Under the pieces are notes generated by a model. It was not told the origin of the DNA and made no database searches. It saw nothing but the letters and a program-made list of their open reading frames with translations. 63,251 bases of DNA from a virus (Duplodnaviria; Caudoviricetes): the IMG/VR virus record IMGVR_UViG_3300042569_000591, positions 1-63,251 of that record; one strand, given 5' to 3'. Within the stretch, counting starts at the first letter, position 1, and each line of letters begins with the position of its first letter. This document shows positions 1-8,609 of the stretch, piece by piece. Position numbers and translations under genes: made by a program.

Positions 1-2
1 TT

Positions 3-29
3 CATTGTTCTTGTTGTTTAAAGGTTAAA
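3..29 (-). repeat. Gene-junction repeat TTTAACCTTTAAACAACAAGAACAATG, copy 1
   Basis: Identical to 181-207; spans a stop codon and the next ATG. Confidence 0.9.
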
Positions 30-183
30 ACGAGTCTTTAATAAAATCATATAGAAGAGTATAAATTAGTGCAAGAATTACACTGCAAAATATTACTACT
101 CCTATTATTGGATAAGATATTGCTAATCCCGTACATACAATTACTAAAAGTAAAGCAATAGATGTTTTTAAATGTATATTCAT
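25..183 (-). CDS. 52-aa membrane protein with two predicted TM segments (not in ORF track)
   Basis: Hand translation MNIHLKTSIALLLVIVCTGLAISYPIIGVVIFCSVILALIYTLLYDFIKDSF; lies exactly between two junction repeats. Confidence 0.75.
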   Translation of the reverse strand: MNIHLKTSIALLLVIVCTGLAISYPIIGVVIFCSVILALIYTLLYDFIKDSF

Positions 184-207
184 TGTTCTTGTTGTTTAAA
201 GGTTAAA
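181..207 (-). repeat. Gene-junction repeat, copy 2
   Basis: cattgttcttgttgtttaaaggttaaa, identical to 3-29. Confidence 0.9.
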
Positions 208-417
208 TAATACTAATGAAAAAACTAATGTGGTTATTACTCCAATTAGAAAAAATACTGCTAATGCTTTTAGTGATAAATCCTCTTTGACATCACTATA
301 GTTACTTTGTTTTGTCATTGTTTCTGATTTAGGTTTCTTTACTCCCATCTCCTCCGGTGTTGCTGGAGATGACTTAGGTTTCTTTACCGGTTTTTCTTGT
401 GTGATAATAATCATCAT
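196..417 (-). CDS. Small protein with C-terminal TM segment
   Basis: Hydrophobic C-terminus ending FNL*, encoded by the repeat. Confidence 0.7.
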   Translation of the reverse strand: MMIIITQEKPVKKPKSSPATPEEMGVKKPKSETMTKQSNYSDVKEDLSLKALAVFFLIGVITTLVFSLVLFNL

Positions 418-422
418 GTTAC

Positions 423-770
423 TTAAAGGTTAAAAAATACATCTGAGATCTTTACAGTCTTAATATTACCATCATCTCCTGCTATCTCAAATATAGTATC
501 CATGTTTATGTTGAGGGCCTCCATAAATTTGATTACTGGCTCCAAGCGATCGCTCTCTCTCACAATCATCAGCCTCTCAATGTAGAGCGTTGCATCTTGC
601 AATTCTTCCTGCAGATGTTTAAGCCAATCAAGTGTGCTGAGATCGTCGCGAGTTAGCATCGTCCCATACTTCTTAATACCAGCTTGAGACCTATCATGAA
701 ATTTATTTATCACCCTGTCGACAATTGGGTCGGTCTGAAGATTATCAGCCGTTGACGTTCTATACCACAT
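423..770 (-). CDS. MazG-like all-alpha NTP pyrophosphatase-family protein
   Basis: GIKKYGTML-R-DL...WLKHLQEELQDATLY (EExxD) motif. Confidence 0.55.
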   Translation of the reverse strand: MWYRTSTADNLQTDPIVDRVINKFHDRSQAGIKKYGTMLTRDDLSTLDWLKHLQEELQDATLYIERLMIVRESDRLEPVIKFMEALNINMDTIFEIAGDDGNIKTVKISDVFFNL

Positions 771-784
771 AATTAGATTAGATT

Positions 785-813
785 AAAAATGGGTGCTCCA
801 GGACGCACCCATT
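785..813 (-). terminator. Intrinsic terminator
   Basis: ATGGGTGC/GCACCCAT stem followed by a T run on the minus strand. Confidence 0.6.
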
Positions 814-857
814 ATGTCAAACACTAAAACAACCCATCCTGATGGGCAACAACATCT

Positions 858-1199
858 TTAAAACGGCAGGTCTTCGTCACTAGCGCTTGGTGTGCTAGTA
901 GACACTGGTGCAGGCGCACTGCCTTGAGCACTGATAGCAAAGCCCTCAATAGTAGAGAAGTACTTCACCTGGCCCTGAGGACTAGTCCACTCACGACCTT
1001 TCAAACTGAATGACACCTCAACCTCTTGGCCTTCAGCAATGCTGTCCAATAAGTCACACTTGTCGTTAACAAATGTGAATGGAATGTATTGTGGGTACTG
1101 GGCAGCACCATCAGTTACAACGAACTCACGCTTACGAAATTTTTCGGAGATTACATCCGTGTTGCCTACCTTGTAGACAATCCCTTTGAATTTAAACAT
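858..1199 (-). CDS. DUF3127 family OB-fold, SSB-like protein (start moved to ATG at 1199)
   Basis: F-KREFVV...YPQYI-F...V-VSF-L-GREW...YF pattern and acidic DEDLPF tail. Confidence 0.8.
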   Translation of the reverse strand: MFKFKGIVYKVGNTDVISEKFRKREFVVTDGAAQYPQYIPFTFVNDKCDLLDSIAEGQEVEVSFSLKGREWTSPQGQVKYFSTIEGFAISAQGSAPAPVSTSTPSASDEDLPF

Positions 1200-1207
1200 A
1201 TAGATAA

Positions 1208-1477
1208 TTAAAAGATTACTGAAATAGTTGCAATGACACAAAGTATCACTGCGATTGTAATTACAACAAGACTTGTTAAGGCAGCCTTGTCCTCTGCCGC
1301 TTCTAAGAAGTAAATGTGATCCTGAATAATCTCAATCTCATCGGAGTAGAAATACAACTCCTCATCACCACGGACCTTAACAAGGTAACCATAGTTGTGC
1401 TTACGGGCCTCATAAATCTTGCCGACCTCATCGTGCCACAAGCCATAGCCACCATCTGTTAAAAGCCTTACTCTCAT
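1208..1477 (-). CDS. Hypothetical protein with C-terminal TM segment
   Basis: ORF abutting neighbours; hydrophobic C-terminus. Confidence 0.65.
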   Translation of the reverse strand: MRVRLLTDGGYGLWHDEVGKIYEARKHNYGYLVKVRGDEELYFYSDEIEIIQDHIYFLEAAEDKAALTSLVVITIAVILCVIATISVIF

Positions 1478-2259
1478 AGATTTTTTGTTTTTAATAGTTT
1501 CATATACTCATTGGCATAATCATCAGCCACCTTCAACCAACGCTCAATCGTTGCGATGTCATCGTCAGTTAGTGTTAAACTTACCACGGTTGCACGCATG
1601 TTGTCATCGACATCATCCATGTAATGCAACGTTGGCTCATCCCATTCACCCAACAACTCCTCAGGTGTATTGCACAACATATACGCCACCTCACCATCAC
1701 GCCAATCAAGACCGGTCATCTGACGTAGCATCCATAAGTATGCCTTCACCTGCCAGTCATATCCTGAGTCCTTGACCTTCTTAGCGGCCTTCTCCTCAGT
1801 CTTCGGGAATGTCTTCTTGGTGTAGGATGACTTTATGTCAATGACCTTAAGTCTCTCAGAATCAACTATATCAGGATGACCATGCATGAGCGGTGTGTCT
1901 AAGTATGCGTACTTGTTATTGTCAGACAATTTATTGTATGACGTAAAGAACACGCGGTTATACAACTCAATAGCCTCGTCTTCAACAGCTGTACCCTTGT
2001 CAGTCTCCTTGCTCCAGAACTTATCTTTGTACTGGTATACCTTCTCGTCAATGATTTCCTCGATCAACGTCTTGGCACCCTGACTTAACTCAGGCTTGAC
2101 ATCACGCTTTGCAACTAACTCGTCACGCTTCTTAGCCTGAGCATCAGTCAACTGAATCTTAGCTAATAGACCATCAAGCGTTGACGCCTGCAATGGTGTC
2201 AGACCTGGTGTGCCACTGTTAAACAGCGGTGCACACTTACTTGCCCGTAACTTTAGCAT
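1474..2259 (-). CDS. YqaJ/lambda-exonuclease-like PD-(D/E)xK nuclease
   Basis: KG-AVE, GHPD, IDIKSS, YDWQVKAY motifs. Confidence 0.8.
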   Translation of the reverse strand: MLKLRASKCAPLFNSGTPGLTPLQASTLDGLLAKIQLTDAQAKKRDELVAKRDVKPELSQGAKTLIEEIIDEKVYQYKDKFWSKETDKGTAVEDEAIELYNRVFFTSYNKLSDNNKYAYLDTPLMHGHPDIVDSERLKVIDIKSSYTKKTFPKTEEKAAKKVKDSGYDWQVKAYLWMLRQMTGLDWRDGEVAYMLCNTPEELLGEWDEPTLHYMDDVDDNMRATVVSLTLTDDDIATIERWLKVADDYANEYMKLLKTKNL

Positions 2260-2716
2260 GCTGCTCTGGTGTTAAGCTGAAGTCAGCGATTAATTTCTCA
2301 GCCGTTGTCTTGCCATCAGCGATCGCCTGTAATGCCTTGTCAAAACGCTCATCTGTAATGGTTGGCTTCTCTTTCTTTGGTAACGGACGAGTGCTAAAAC
2401 GCAACGCATCAGTCATACCCTGAGGACTCTTGACCTTCTCAACACCAAGGACAATCTGCTTGCCAATGTAGTCGTTGAAATCAAATGACCCAAAGAATGT
2501 CTCAAGCCTCTTGAAGTTTGTTCGATTGGCTACCATGCTCTTCTGAAACTCAGCAAGCTTGACAAACACCTTGTCTTCCTTGCCCATCTCACCGACCATT
2601 ACGTCCTGATAAATCTTCTCGATTGTTACTACCCTCGGCTCATACTTGCCGTCGACCTCCAAGTCCCAACTCCCTAGGTACTTGTTGTCCTTCATTAAAT
2701 TTCTCCAGTGTGACAT
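2237..2716 (-). CDS. Putative ssDNA-annealing/binding recombination protein
   Basis: HW...YLGSWDL...N-TN...ALR pattern; coupled to the exonuclease. Confidence 0.55.
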   Translation of the reverse strand: MSHWRNLMKDNKYLGSWDLEVDGKYEPRVVTIEKIYQDVMVGEMGKEDKVFVKLAEFQKSMVANRTNFKRLETFFGSFDFNDYIGKQIVLGVEKVKSPQGMTDALRFSTRPLPKKEKPTITDERFDKALQAIADGKTTAEKLIADFSLTPEQHAKVTGK

Positions 2717-2722
2717 TGTTAA

Positions 2723-3058
2723 TTAAATTTGAACAAAATTAATATATTTCTTTTTAAATTCCAAGTATTGCTCGATAATTCTTTTTCTTTTTTTATCGTC
2801 AAACTTACACCTCGCGACATCATCACATAAGTAATCCATCACCACTCTGTATGCGCCTGGCTTAAAGCCTTTGCGTTTAAAAATATCATACTGCTCATCG
2901 GTTACCTCTTCAAACTTATGCTTGCTTGTCATTACATTAAAGATGCGAAAGGTCCCGTCCTGGAACCTCTCGATCTTTACACCCATATCAATGAAGTACT
3001 CAGTGTCATTGGTCTTATATGGTGTGTTATCCTTGATTACATCAGTCCAAGCCTTCAT
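2723..3058 (-). CDS. Hypothetical protein (start MKAWT)
   Basis: The ATG at 3058 gives a short overlap with the upstream gene. Confidence 0.7.
   Translation of the reverse strand: MKAWTDVIKDNTPYKTNDTEYFIDMGVKIERFQDGTFRIFNVMTSKHKFEEVTDEQYDIFKRKGFKPGAYRVVMDYLCDDVARCKFDDKKRKRIIEQYLEFKKKYINFVQI
2734..2741 (-). promoter_or_regulatory. Bacteroidota -7 promoter element TAATTTTG
   Basis: TAnnTTTG 17 nt upstream of the ATG at 2716. Confidence 0.45.
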
Positions 3059-3512
3059 ACTCAATAATTGAATATTCTTCCTCAAACTCATAACGCTTCT
3101 CAGGTAAGTACCTGAACCATATGACATATCCTGTCTTGGCCCTGGCAACATATACAATGTACACAAACTGATTGTTGCGATGAAAGTGATTGTACAAAGG
3201 CGCATCAATATCACTTCTGTCTACATTCAACGTGTGCATTTTTGCATTATTGTACTCAAGAGTGTTGAGCGCAATTGATAAGGCCGTGTTCATGTCACTG
3301 GCCTTGGTATAAAAGTTACCATCATTCAGCACCTCGTAGTCAGGCCGGTCAGGTACCCATTGGGCACTGATGGCTGACGCAAAGGTCATCATGCCTAACA
3401 TGAACATTGCGACTACTATAGGAATTCCTATAGCAGCACGAATGATATCGTTCTTGATTCGTGTAACTGCCATCATACAGATTGCAGATAACAATAAAAG
3501 AATTGCATACAT
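3042..3512 (-). CDS. Hypothetical membrane protein
   Basis: Two N-terminal hydrophobic segments. Confidence 0.7.
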   Translation of the reverse strand: MYAILLLLSAICMMAVTRIKNDIIRAAIGIPIVVAMFMLGMMTFASAISAQWVPDRPDYEVLNDGNFYTKASDMNTALSIALNTLEYNNAKMHTLNVDRSDIDAPLYNHFHRNNQFVYIVYVARAKTGYVIWFRYLPEKRYEFEEEYSIIEYEGLD

Positions 3513-3513
3513 A

Positions 3514-3690
3514 CTAATTTGGATTTATAGGGTTAATACTGACTTGAACTACAGACTCACTGATGTCCTCAATAATATGGTCGCTAACAATAGCACCAAG
3601 AGCAAACGCCCGGATCGGATCAGTGGCCATTAACTTTAACTTCTTGCCATTGTCATAGGTCACGATGTACCTCTTTAAGATTGGCGACAT
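3514..3690 (-). CDS. Hypothetical protein
   Basis: Short ORF tiling the operon. Confidence 0.55.
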   Translation of the reverse strand: MSPILKRYIVTYDNGKKLKLMATDPIRAFALGAIVSDHIIEDISESVVQVSINPINPN

Positions 3691-3811
3691 AGATGATTTC
3701 ATGTTCAGGTATGTTTGATTTGTCAATTGCCTCTTTAACGTTGTCTGCCTCTATCGTTACACCTGAGCAGAGGATTGGACTCAGGTGATAGCAGATGTGG
3801 AATTTCATCAT
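3653..3811 (-). CDS. 52-aa hypothetical protein (MMKFHICYHLS...)
   Basis: Hand translation; fills a gap in the operon. Confidence 0.55.
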   Translation of the reverse strand: MMKFHICYHLSPILCSGVTIEADNVKEAIDKSNIPEHEIIYVANLKEVHRDL

Positions 3812-3913
3812 AACTTTATACTTATACCGTGTAATAAAAAATGGATGAGAATCTCCCTGTCATCCAAACTCAGGGATACTGACAGACCGATAGTCCTACC
3901 GGCCGGCCAACTT

Positions 3914-4117
3914 TCAGTGAATCTGATTATCATAGCTTTCATAGTAATATGCCTCTGAGATGAAGTCCTCAAAGTCGCGTAGTTGTTGGCGGCTCAGCCT
4001 TGACTTCATGTCCTCGGCGGTTGATAAATTGTTTTGCTCAATCTGTTGAGCAATCTCTTCGAAATAGTCAGCCATGGACTCATGGCCGACATACTCAAGG
4101 TCGTGTTTAGTTATCAT
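3914..4117 (-). CDS. Hypothetical acidic protein
   Basis: ORF track; resembles the upstream neighbour. Confidence 0.65.
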   Translation of the reverse strand: MITKHDLEYVGHESMADYFEEIAQQIEQNNLSTAEDMKSRLSRQQLRDFEDFISEAYYYESYDNQIH

Positions 4118-4334
4118 AGTAATTGATTATTTGTTGGTACTCTTTTAACTTGCCATCCGGCATTTCATCATAGAATAAAGTATCACGTAACCAGTCGATG
4201 TACTCGACCTGAAGTTGTGTGCTCAGAGACTTATATATTTCCTTGCTCTGCTTGTGTTGGCCGTTTAGCTTTGACTCTAAGATGTACTCATATAACTCCT
4301 CCCATGTTAAGAAGTCAAGGTTATTTGGTTGCAT
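4107..4334 (-). CDS. Hypothetical protein
   Basis: ORF track; YILES-LNGQ pattern. Confidence 0.65.
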   Translation of the reverse strand: MQPNNLDFLTWEELYEYILESKLNGQHKQSKEIYKSLSTQLQVEYIDWLRDTLFYDEMPDGKLKEYQQIINYYDN

Positions 4335-4338
4335 ATAT

Positions 4339-4557
4339 TTAAAGATTAATTATTTCTTGTTCAACTTCTTGCCAATATGTTACTTGATTAGGGAATGACA
4401 TATAAGGACTTAAACTCAGGAGCAAGGATATTTGCTCTTCAGCTGCAATCAAGGCACACTCTTTAGCAGTGTTAAAACACATTGGATATTTACCCATATG
4501 GTCCTCGACCATGTACATTTTATCAAGTAATTCTTTTGCTTTATCTTGTGGTGACAT
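4339..4557 (-). CDS. Small phage protein (PQDKAKEL...AKECALIA...YWQEV type)
   Basis: Motif recognised by eye; start MSPQ. Confidence 0.7.
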   Translation of the reverse strand: MSPQDKAKELLDKMYMVEDHMGKYPMCFNTAKECALIAAEEQISLLLSLSPYMSFPNQVTYWQEVEQEIINL

Positions 4558-5107
4558 GGTCGTAAAATTTAGGTGGTACAATAATAAAGTGGTTGACGCA
4601 AAATACATTCGATGTCTCTAAAGTGACAACCTTGCATGGTATCTTTTTGGCCTTGAGCTCAGAAACCTTGGCCTTGATGTTGCGCTCAGCATTTGGATAC
4701 GAGCTGTCGTCCCATTGACCGGTGTCAGGCTCGCAGTGAACTGAATACTTCGGCTTGGCATAACCTCTCCAAACATCCAATCGGACGTACTCTTGGCTTT
4801 CATCGAAACACATGCCGACATGCTTGGCATCCGGCTGTGGATTACTGTTGACCTTTGTCATTTCGCCGTCCCATTGGTTGCCGTTTAGGATTGGTTCTTT
4901 TCTTTTCATGTATACACTTACGTTCGGAAGTGTATTTAGCCATTTGTTAGTGGTCCGAGTCGGCCATCCTGCATTGGTGACATACAGGCCGTCCTCTCGG
5001 TGCTCAGCGATTAGGTTGCCGAATAGATATAACGAACGACCATCCGTTTGGCCGTTACCTTGTTTTTTCTTTTTTCCTTCAAGGAAAGATTGGATTACAT
5101 TGTTCAT
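4541..5107 (-). CDS. Hypothetical protein
   Basis: LFGNLIA...AGWPTRTT pattern; 188 aa. Confidence 0.75.
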   Translation of the reverse strand: MNNVIQSFLEGKKKKQGNGQTDGRSLYLFGNLIAEHREDGLYVTNAGWPTRTTNKWLNTLPNVSVYMKRKEPILNGNQWDGEMTKVNSNPQPDAKHVGMCFDESQEYVRLDVWRGYAKPKYSVHCEPDTGQWDDSSYPNAERNIKAKVSELKAKKIPCKVVTLETSNVFCVNHFIIVPPKFYDHVTTR

Positions 5108-5112
5108 AGTTA

Positions 5113-5541
5113 TTAAAGTTGTCCAAGGTCAGCTAATGATGTGTAAGCTGAAGTAGGGGTTAATATAATGCTGTCTAATAGATTGATATCTAACAAGTTA
5201 AGACCTTGCTTTAGTTTTTTGCTCAGGGTGATGTCCTCAGGTGATGGCGCTGGATTTCCAGACGGATGGTTGTGGCAAAAGATTACACCGCTCGATAGGC
5301 TGTCAATAGCATACTTCGCGACTATCTTTGGATCAACATATGTGCCTGCAATTCCGCCTTGGCTTATCTTGGCATAGCCGATTGTTTGGTTCTGACGATT
5401 TAGCATCAAAATGAACGCACTCTCGAATACCTCGATGTCATCACCGTAAAATTGACGGATGAATAGTTGCGCTTCATTTGATGTTGTTATCTTCTCGGTT
5501 GGGAAGTCTGACTGTATTTTTTTTAGCTCGAATAGTTTCAT
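5113..5541 (-). CDS. RadC-like JAB/MPN domain protein
   Basis: E...HNHPSG-P-PS-ED...LLD JAMM motif. Confidence 0.9.
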   Translation of the reverse strand: MKLFELKKIQSDFPTEKITTSNEAQLFIRQFYGDDIEVFESAFILMLNRQNQTIGYAKISQGGIAGTYVDPKIVAKYAIDSLSSGVIFCHNHPSGNPAPSPEDITLSKKLKQGLNLLDINLLDSIILTPTSAYTSLADLGQL

Positions 5542-5866
5542 ATGACGAAATTTAGGTGTTTATGACGATTTATGACGGCGATATGACGAAATTATAGGGC
5601 TCAAACCCTTATAGATACTGACTTTATGACGAAATGACGACTTTTTACCTATATTTTCAAAAAAAAAAAAAATACTACTATATATAGTATATACACATAT
5701 GTATATGTGTATATTTTCTCTATATAGGGGTGAAATTTCGTCATATCGTCATCCCTTATTGATAATCAGGGAGTTACGATTTACGTTTCGTCATATCGGG
5801 CTGTTTTTCGTCATATTTAGTCTGTTTTTTAGACGATTTCGTCATATCTGATGACGATTTCGTCAT
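5541..5866. repeat. Putative replication origin: inverted ATGACG/CGTCAT iterons around an AT-rich core
   Basis: ATGACG at 5542, 5562, 5572, 5583, 5626, 5634; CGTCAT at 5739, 5747, 5789, 5809, 5840, 5861; A14 run and TA repeats between. Confidence 0.75.
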
Positions 5867-5904
5867 GTTGGCAGGCTCAAGGCCTGTTAGCTTTACAAAT
5901 TGGT

Positions 5905-6126
5905 CTATTGTGTACATTTAATTATGGTTTTTAAATTAATCATGCGATAAGCTCTCTTGTGCATATCGAATACTACTAATAAGTTTTTTTCAGCAGGGTC
6001 AAACTTTAGACCTACACCTTTTAGGTTTTTCTTGACGCCCAGTCGGGCCGTCATCTTTCTTAATGAGCCGTCTTTCTTGACGAACGTTACACTGAAAATC
6101 TTTCCGTTTTTAATTTGTTCTAACAT
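5905..6126 (-). CDS. SH3/WYL-like beta-barrel phage protein
   Basis: FSVTFVKKDGSLRKM...VFD...YRMIN motif. Confidence 0.7.
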   Translation of the reverse strand: MLEQIKNGKIFSVTFVKKDGSLRKMTARLGVKKNLKGVGLKFDPAEKNLLVVFDMHKRAYRMINLKTIIKCTQ

Positions 6127-6253
6127 ATTCTTTAAAGTAATATTGCACCAATTGGCGCAAGGTTAAACGATTGGTGTATTGACTGCATTGTGTGGCGTAG
6201 AAGCCATTGATGATTGTGACATTTCCGTCATCAATCCATTCTCTAAATCTCAT
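6110..6253 (-). CDS. 47-aa hypothetical protein (MRFREWIDDG...)
   Basis: Hand translation; fills a gap. Confidence 0.55.
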   Translation of the reverse strand: MRFREWIDDGNVTIINGFYATQCSQYTNRLTLRQLVQYYFKEYVRTN

Positions 6254-6446
6254 TGTATAGAATATTTCCTTGGTTGTCAAAAATGCCTTGGTCGATCAAT
6301 TGGGCGGCAGTTCTGCCATACCATCCTTGCAATTGGTTTACTGACTTTGTCTTGATTAAAAATGACCAAGCATTTAATTGGTCTTGGATTGTTACTTCGT
6401 TCTCGCTGAATCCCTCAGCAATTGCGCACGCCTCGTAAAGTGTCAT
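6243..6446 (-). CDS. Small phage protein (AW-LI...LQGWYGRTA--LI--G type)
   Basis: Motif recognised by eye. Confidence 0.75.
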   Translation of the reverse strand: MTLYEACAIAEGFSENEVTIQDQLNAWSFLIKTKSVNQLQGWYGRTAAQLIDQGIFDNQGNILYNEI

Positions 6447-6493
6447 AGTATATCAATTAAATTAATTTATATTGTAGTTAAAAAGTCAGTTGC

Positions 6494-6778
6494 TTAACAA
6501 TCTAACCCGTTTAAAAATGTACTTGGAAATTCCCAACTTAAACTCTCAAACATATGTATTAGAAGTGCTTCAGTTGTAGTTTGATGTTCTGCAAAGTAAT
6601 CCTCGTTATCATTTTTCCATTCTTCTACCACATCTCTCAGGTCAAGATATGTAAATGCCTCGTCTAAACTTTCAGCATTTTCTGGAATGTAGCAAATCTC
6701 TGTTGCCACTTGGAAAAAAGCATCATTATTTTTGTAGCAAGGGTGCATCTCTTTTTGATAGTCCTCAAATGTTTTCAT
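6494..6778 (-). CDS. Hypothetical acidic protein
   Basis: ORF track. Confidence 0.7.
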   Translation of the reverse strand: MKTFEDYQKEMHPCYKNNDAFFQVATEICYIPENAESLDEAFTYLDLRDVVEEWKNDNEDYFAEHQTTTEALLIHMFESLSWEFPSTFLNGLDC

Positions 6779-6923
6779 AGCGTTTCAATTAAATTAAGTT
6801 CAACAATGTGTAGTGCATCGGTATCAGGACATCGCACAATGTACTTGTTTGATGTCCCGGCTACCTGACCAACTAATTTGTAATTCCCGGTCAATACTGA
6901 CTGCATCCCGTCAATCAGTATTG

Positions 6924-7208
6924 TTATTCAGTTTCATGTTCGTTACCATTTTCGTCGTAGTATACGTCGTCATCTAATTCTTCCCATTCGGTGTAGTAGT
7001 AGTAATCTTCGTTGTAGAAGTACTTTAGTAGTGCGTCATCGGTTACGCAATCGGTTGATTTCTTGCCGTTGCAATCTACCCAGTCAAGCGTTCTGAGGTG
7101 TTCTAATAAATGTTCTTTGTCAGCGAAGTATAGCTCGCCGTCTCCTACTACATAACCCTCGTTGATACCATGTCCAGTGGCATCACATCGTCTTGCGTAC
7201 TTTGTCAT
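6924..7208 (-). CDS. Hypothetical acidic protein
   Basis: ARRCD-TG-G-NEGY...YYYTEWE pattern. Confidence 0.75.
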   Translation of the reverse strand: MTKYARRCDATGHGINEGYVVGDGELYFADKEHLLEHLRTLDWVDCNGKKSTDCVTDDALLKYFYNEDYYYYTEWEELDDDVYYDENGNEHETE

Positions 7209-7735
7209 GATAATAAGTTTTTAAGTTTGTCTTTAGTGTACATGCAATTAAAGAACTCAACCTCATCTTTGTACCGCATCTCCATAATACCATTAACATA
7301 TCTACGTATTTCTAATCCTGTGTAGTAGTCATACCACTCTCTTGTAACGTCGTCACGTCTGTCTTCTTTAATTAAGTAGAACTCCACGCGTAATGCTTCT
7401 TCTCTAATAGAATATTCATCAGTATTGTATTTATATATGAATATGTAGTTTGAATAATTTTGATTATCCATAGCCTCATTTCCACGCTTAACACATAGCC
7501 TATCGCCAATATCTTCTCTTAGCTGAATGACTAAGTCATCAATGTATCTATCACGCTCATCATCCCATAAGTCTCTGGTACGTTGAGCATCAGCTTTTAA
7601 ATCAATGTGACGTTGGTTGATAGCATCAAATTCATCTAAGTCGATCAACTTGAATGGTCGTTTAGCTTTGGCTTCGTTTAGCTTGTTGAACTCAGCAACC
7701 AAGTTGCTGATAATTCTTTGTTGGTTCTCTGTCAT
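7205..7735 (-). CDS. Hypothetical protein
   Basis: 176-aa ORF with ATGA overlaps. Confidence 0.75.
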   Translation of the reverse strand: MTENQQRIISNLVAEFNKLNEAKAKRPFKLIDLDEFDAINQRHIDLKADAQRTRDLWDDERDRYIDDLVIQLREDIGDRLCVKRGNEAMDNQNYSNYIFIYKYNTDEYSIREEALRVEFYLIKEDRRDDVTREWYDYYTGLEIRRYVNGIMEMRYKDEVEFFNCMYTKDKLKNLLS

Positions 7736-8307
7736 ATATTATTTGTTTCAGTTAATATTTCATTCCATTCTTCGTTAGTGAGGTGTTGCTTGTAGTTTTC
7801 CTCAGCAAAATTAAAGTCAATACAATCGTCATTGATATCATCAATCAATCTACCAATTGCATTGTCTCGGTCAGACTCTAACTCATACTCAAAGTATGTC
7901 ATCTCATTGTCTTCGCACTCACCATTCTCCATGGTGTAGAACCCACCGAAGTCACATCCAGACTCAGAGTACTCTCCCTCAATCTTGACATCAAAGACCT
8001 TAGTCATCATTGTCAATAGACCAATAGGTGGTGACCAAGCTGAGTCTCCGATTATGTTCATCCAATCATCACCACGCTCAATATCAAAGTCCCACCACTT
8101 AGTGCCGTACCTATATATTCTGCTGAACAATTCGTCATTGGTCTCATGCTCAGGTACTACCTCAGGGTCAAACCCTAACACCATTCTACTGAACTCAGTG
8201 AATGTAAAGTCTTTCATATCATGATACTTTTTGAAGCGCTCCTCAATGATGTCAAGCGTTTCTTTCGGGCCTGTTATGTGTGCCCTGTTCCAACAATAGT
8301 TTGCCAT
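7732..8307 (-). CDS. DUF1281/YubB ferredoxin-like domain protein
   Basis: MANYCWN...GTKW...SAWSPP...Y-E-G-DF-G motif. Confidence 0.7.
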   Translation of the reverse strand: MANYCWNRAHITGPKETLDIIEERFKKYHDMKDFTFTEFSRMVLGFDPEVVPEHETNDELFSRIYRYGTKWWDFDIERGDDWMNIIGDSAWSPPIGLLTMMTKVFDVKIEGEYSESGCDFGGFYTMENGECEDNEMTYFEYELESDRDNAIGRLIDDINDDCIDFNFAEENYKQHLTNEEWNEILTETNNI

Positions 8308-8309
8308 AA

Positions 8310-8489
8310 TTAAAATAGATTAGGTAATTTAATTTCTTTAATTAACTTATACTCATATCGAATGATATCTTCAAGACCCTTGATACTTTTGTTCCATGTA
8401 TCAGTCAAGTCAGATTCACACCAATAAGCTTCTCTTTTGGACTCTACTAACTCGTCGTAGACGTACCATTTTATTTCATATAAATTCAT
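8310..8489 (-). CDS. 59-aa hypothetical protein
   Basis: Hand translation MNLYEIKWY... Confidence 0.55.
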   Translation of the reverse strand: MNLYEIKWYVYDELVESKREAYWCESDLTDTWNKSIKGLEDIIRYEYKLIKEIKLPNLF

Positions 8490-8608
8490 ATGCTCATTCC
8501 TGATGTTTGACCCATTACTACTTTGTACAAGGCAAATGCAATTGCAATACCTACTGAACTACCCATAACAATTTGGATAGCTTTTGCTAAGATGATTAGT
8601 GCTTTCAT
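8486..8608 (-). CDS. 40-aa membrane peptide
   Basis: Hand translation MKALIILAKAIQIVMGSSVGIAIAFALYKVVMGQTSGMSI. Confidence 0.55.
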   Translation of the reverse strand: MKALIILAKAIQIVMGSSVGIAIAFALYKVVMGQTSGMSI

Positions 8609-8609
8609 T

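Noticed and set aside
3841-3880. HDV-like (theta) ribozyme
   Set aside because: Only two stems are evident, with no P3/P1.1 nested architecture.
5541-5866. Possible CRISPR array
   Set aside because: Repeats are only 6-10 bp, irregularly spaced and inverted; no cas genes.
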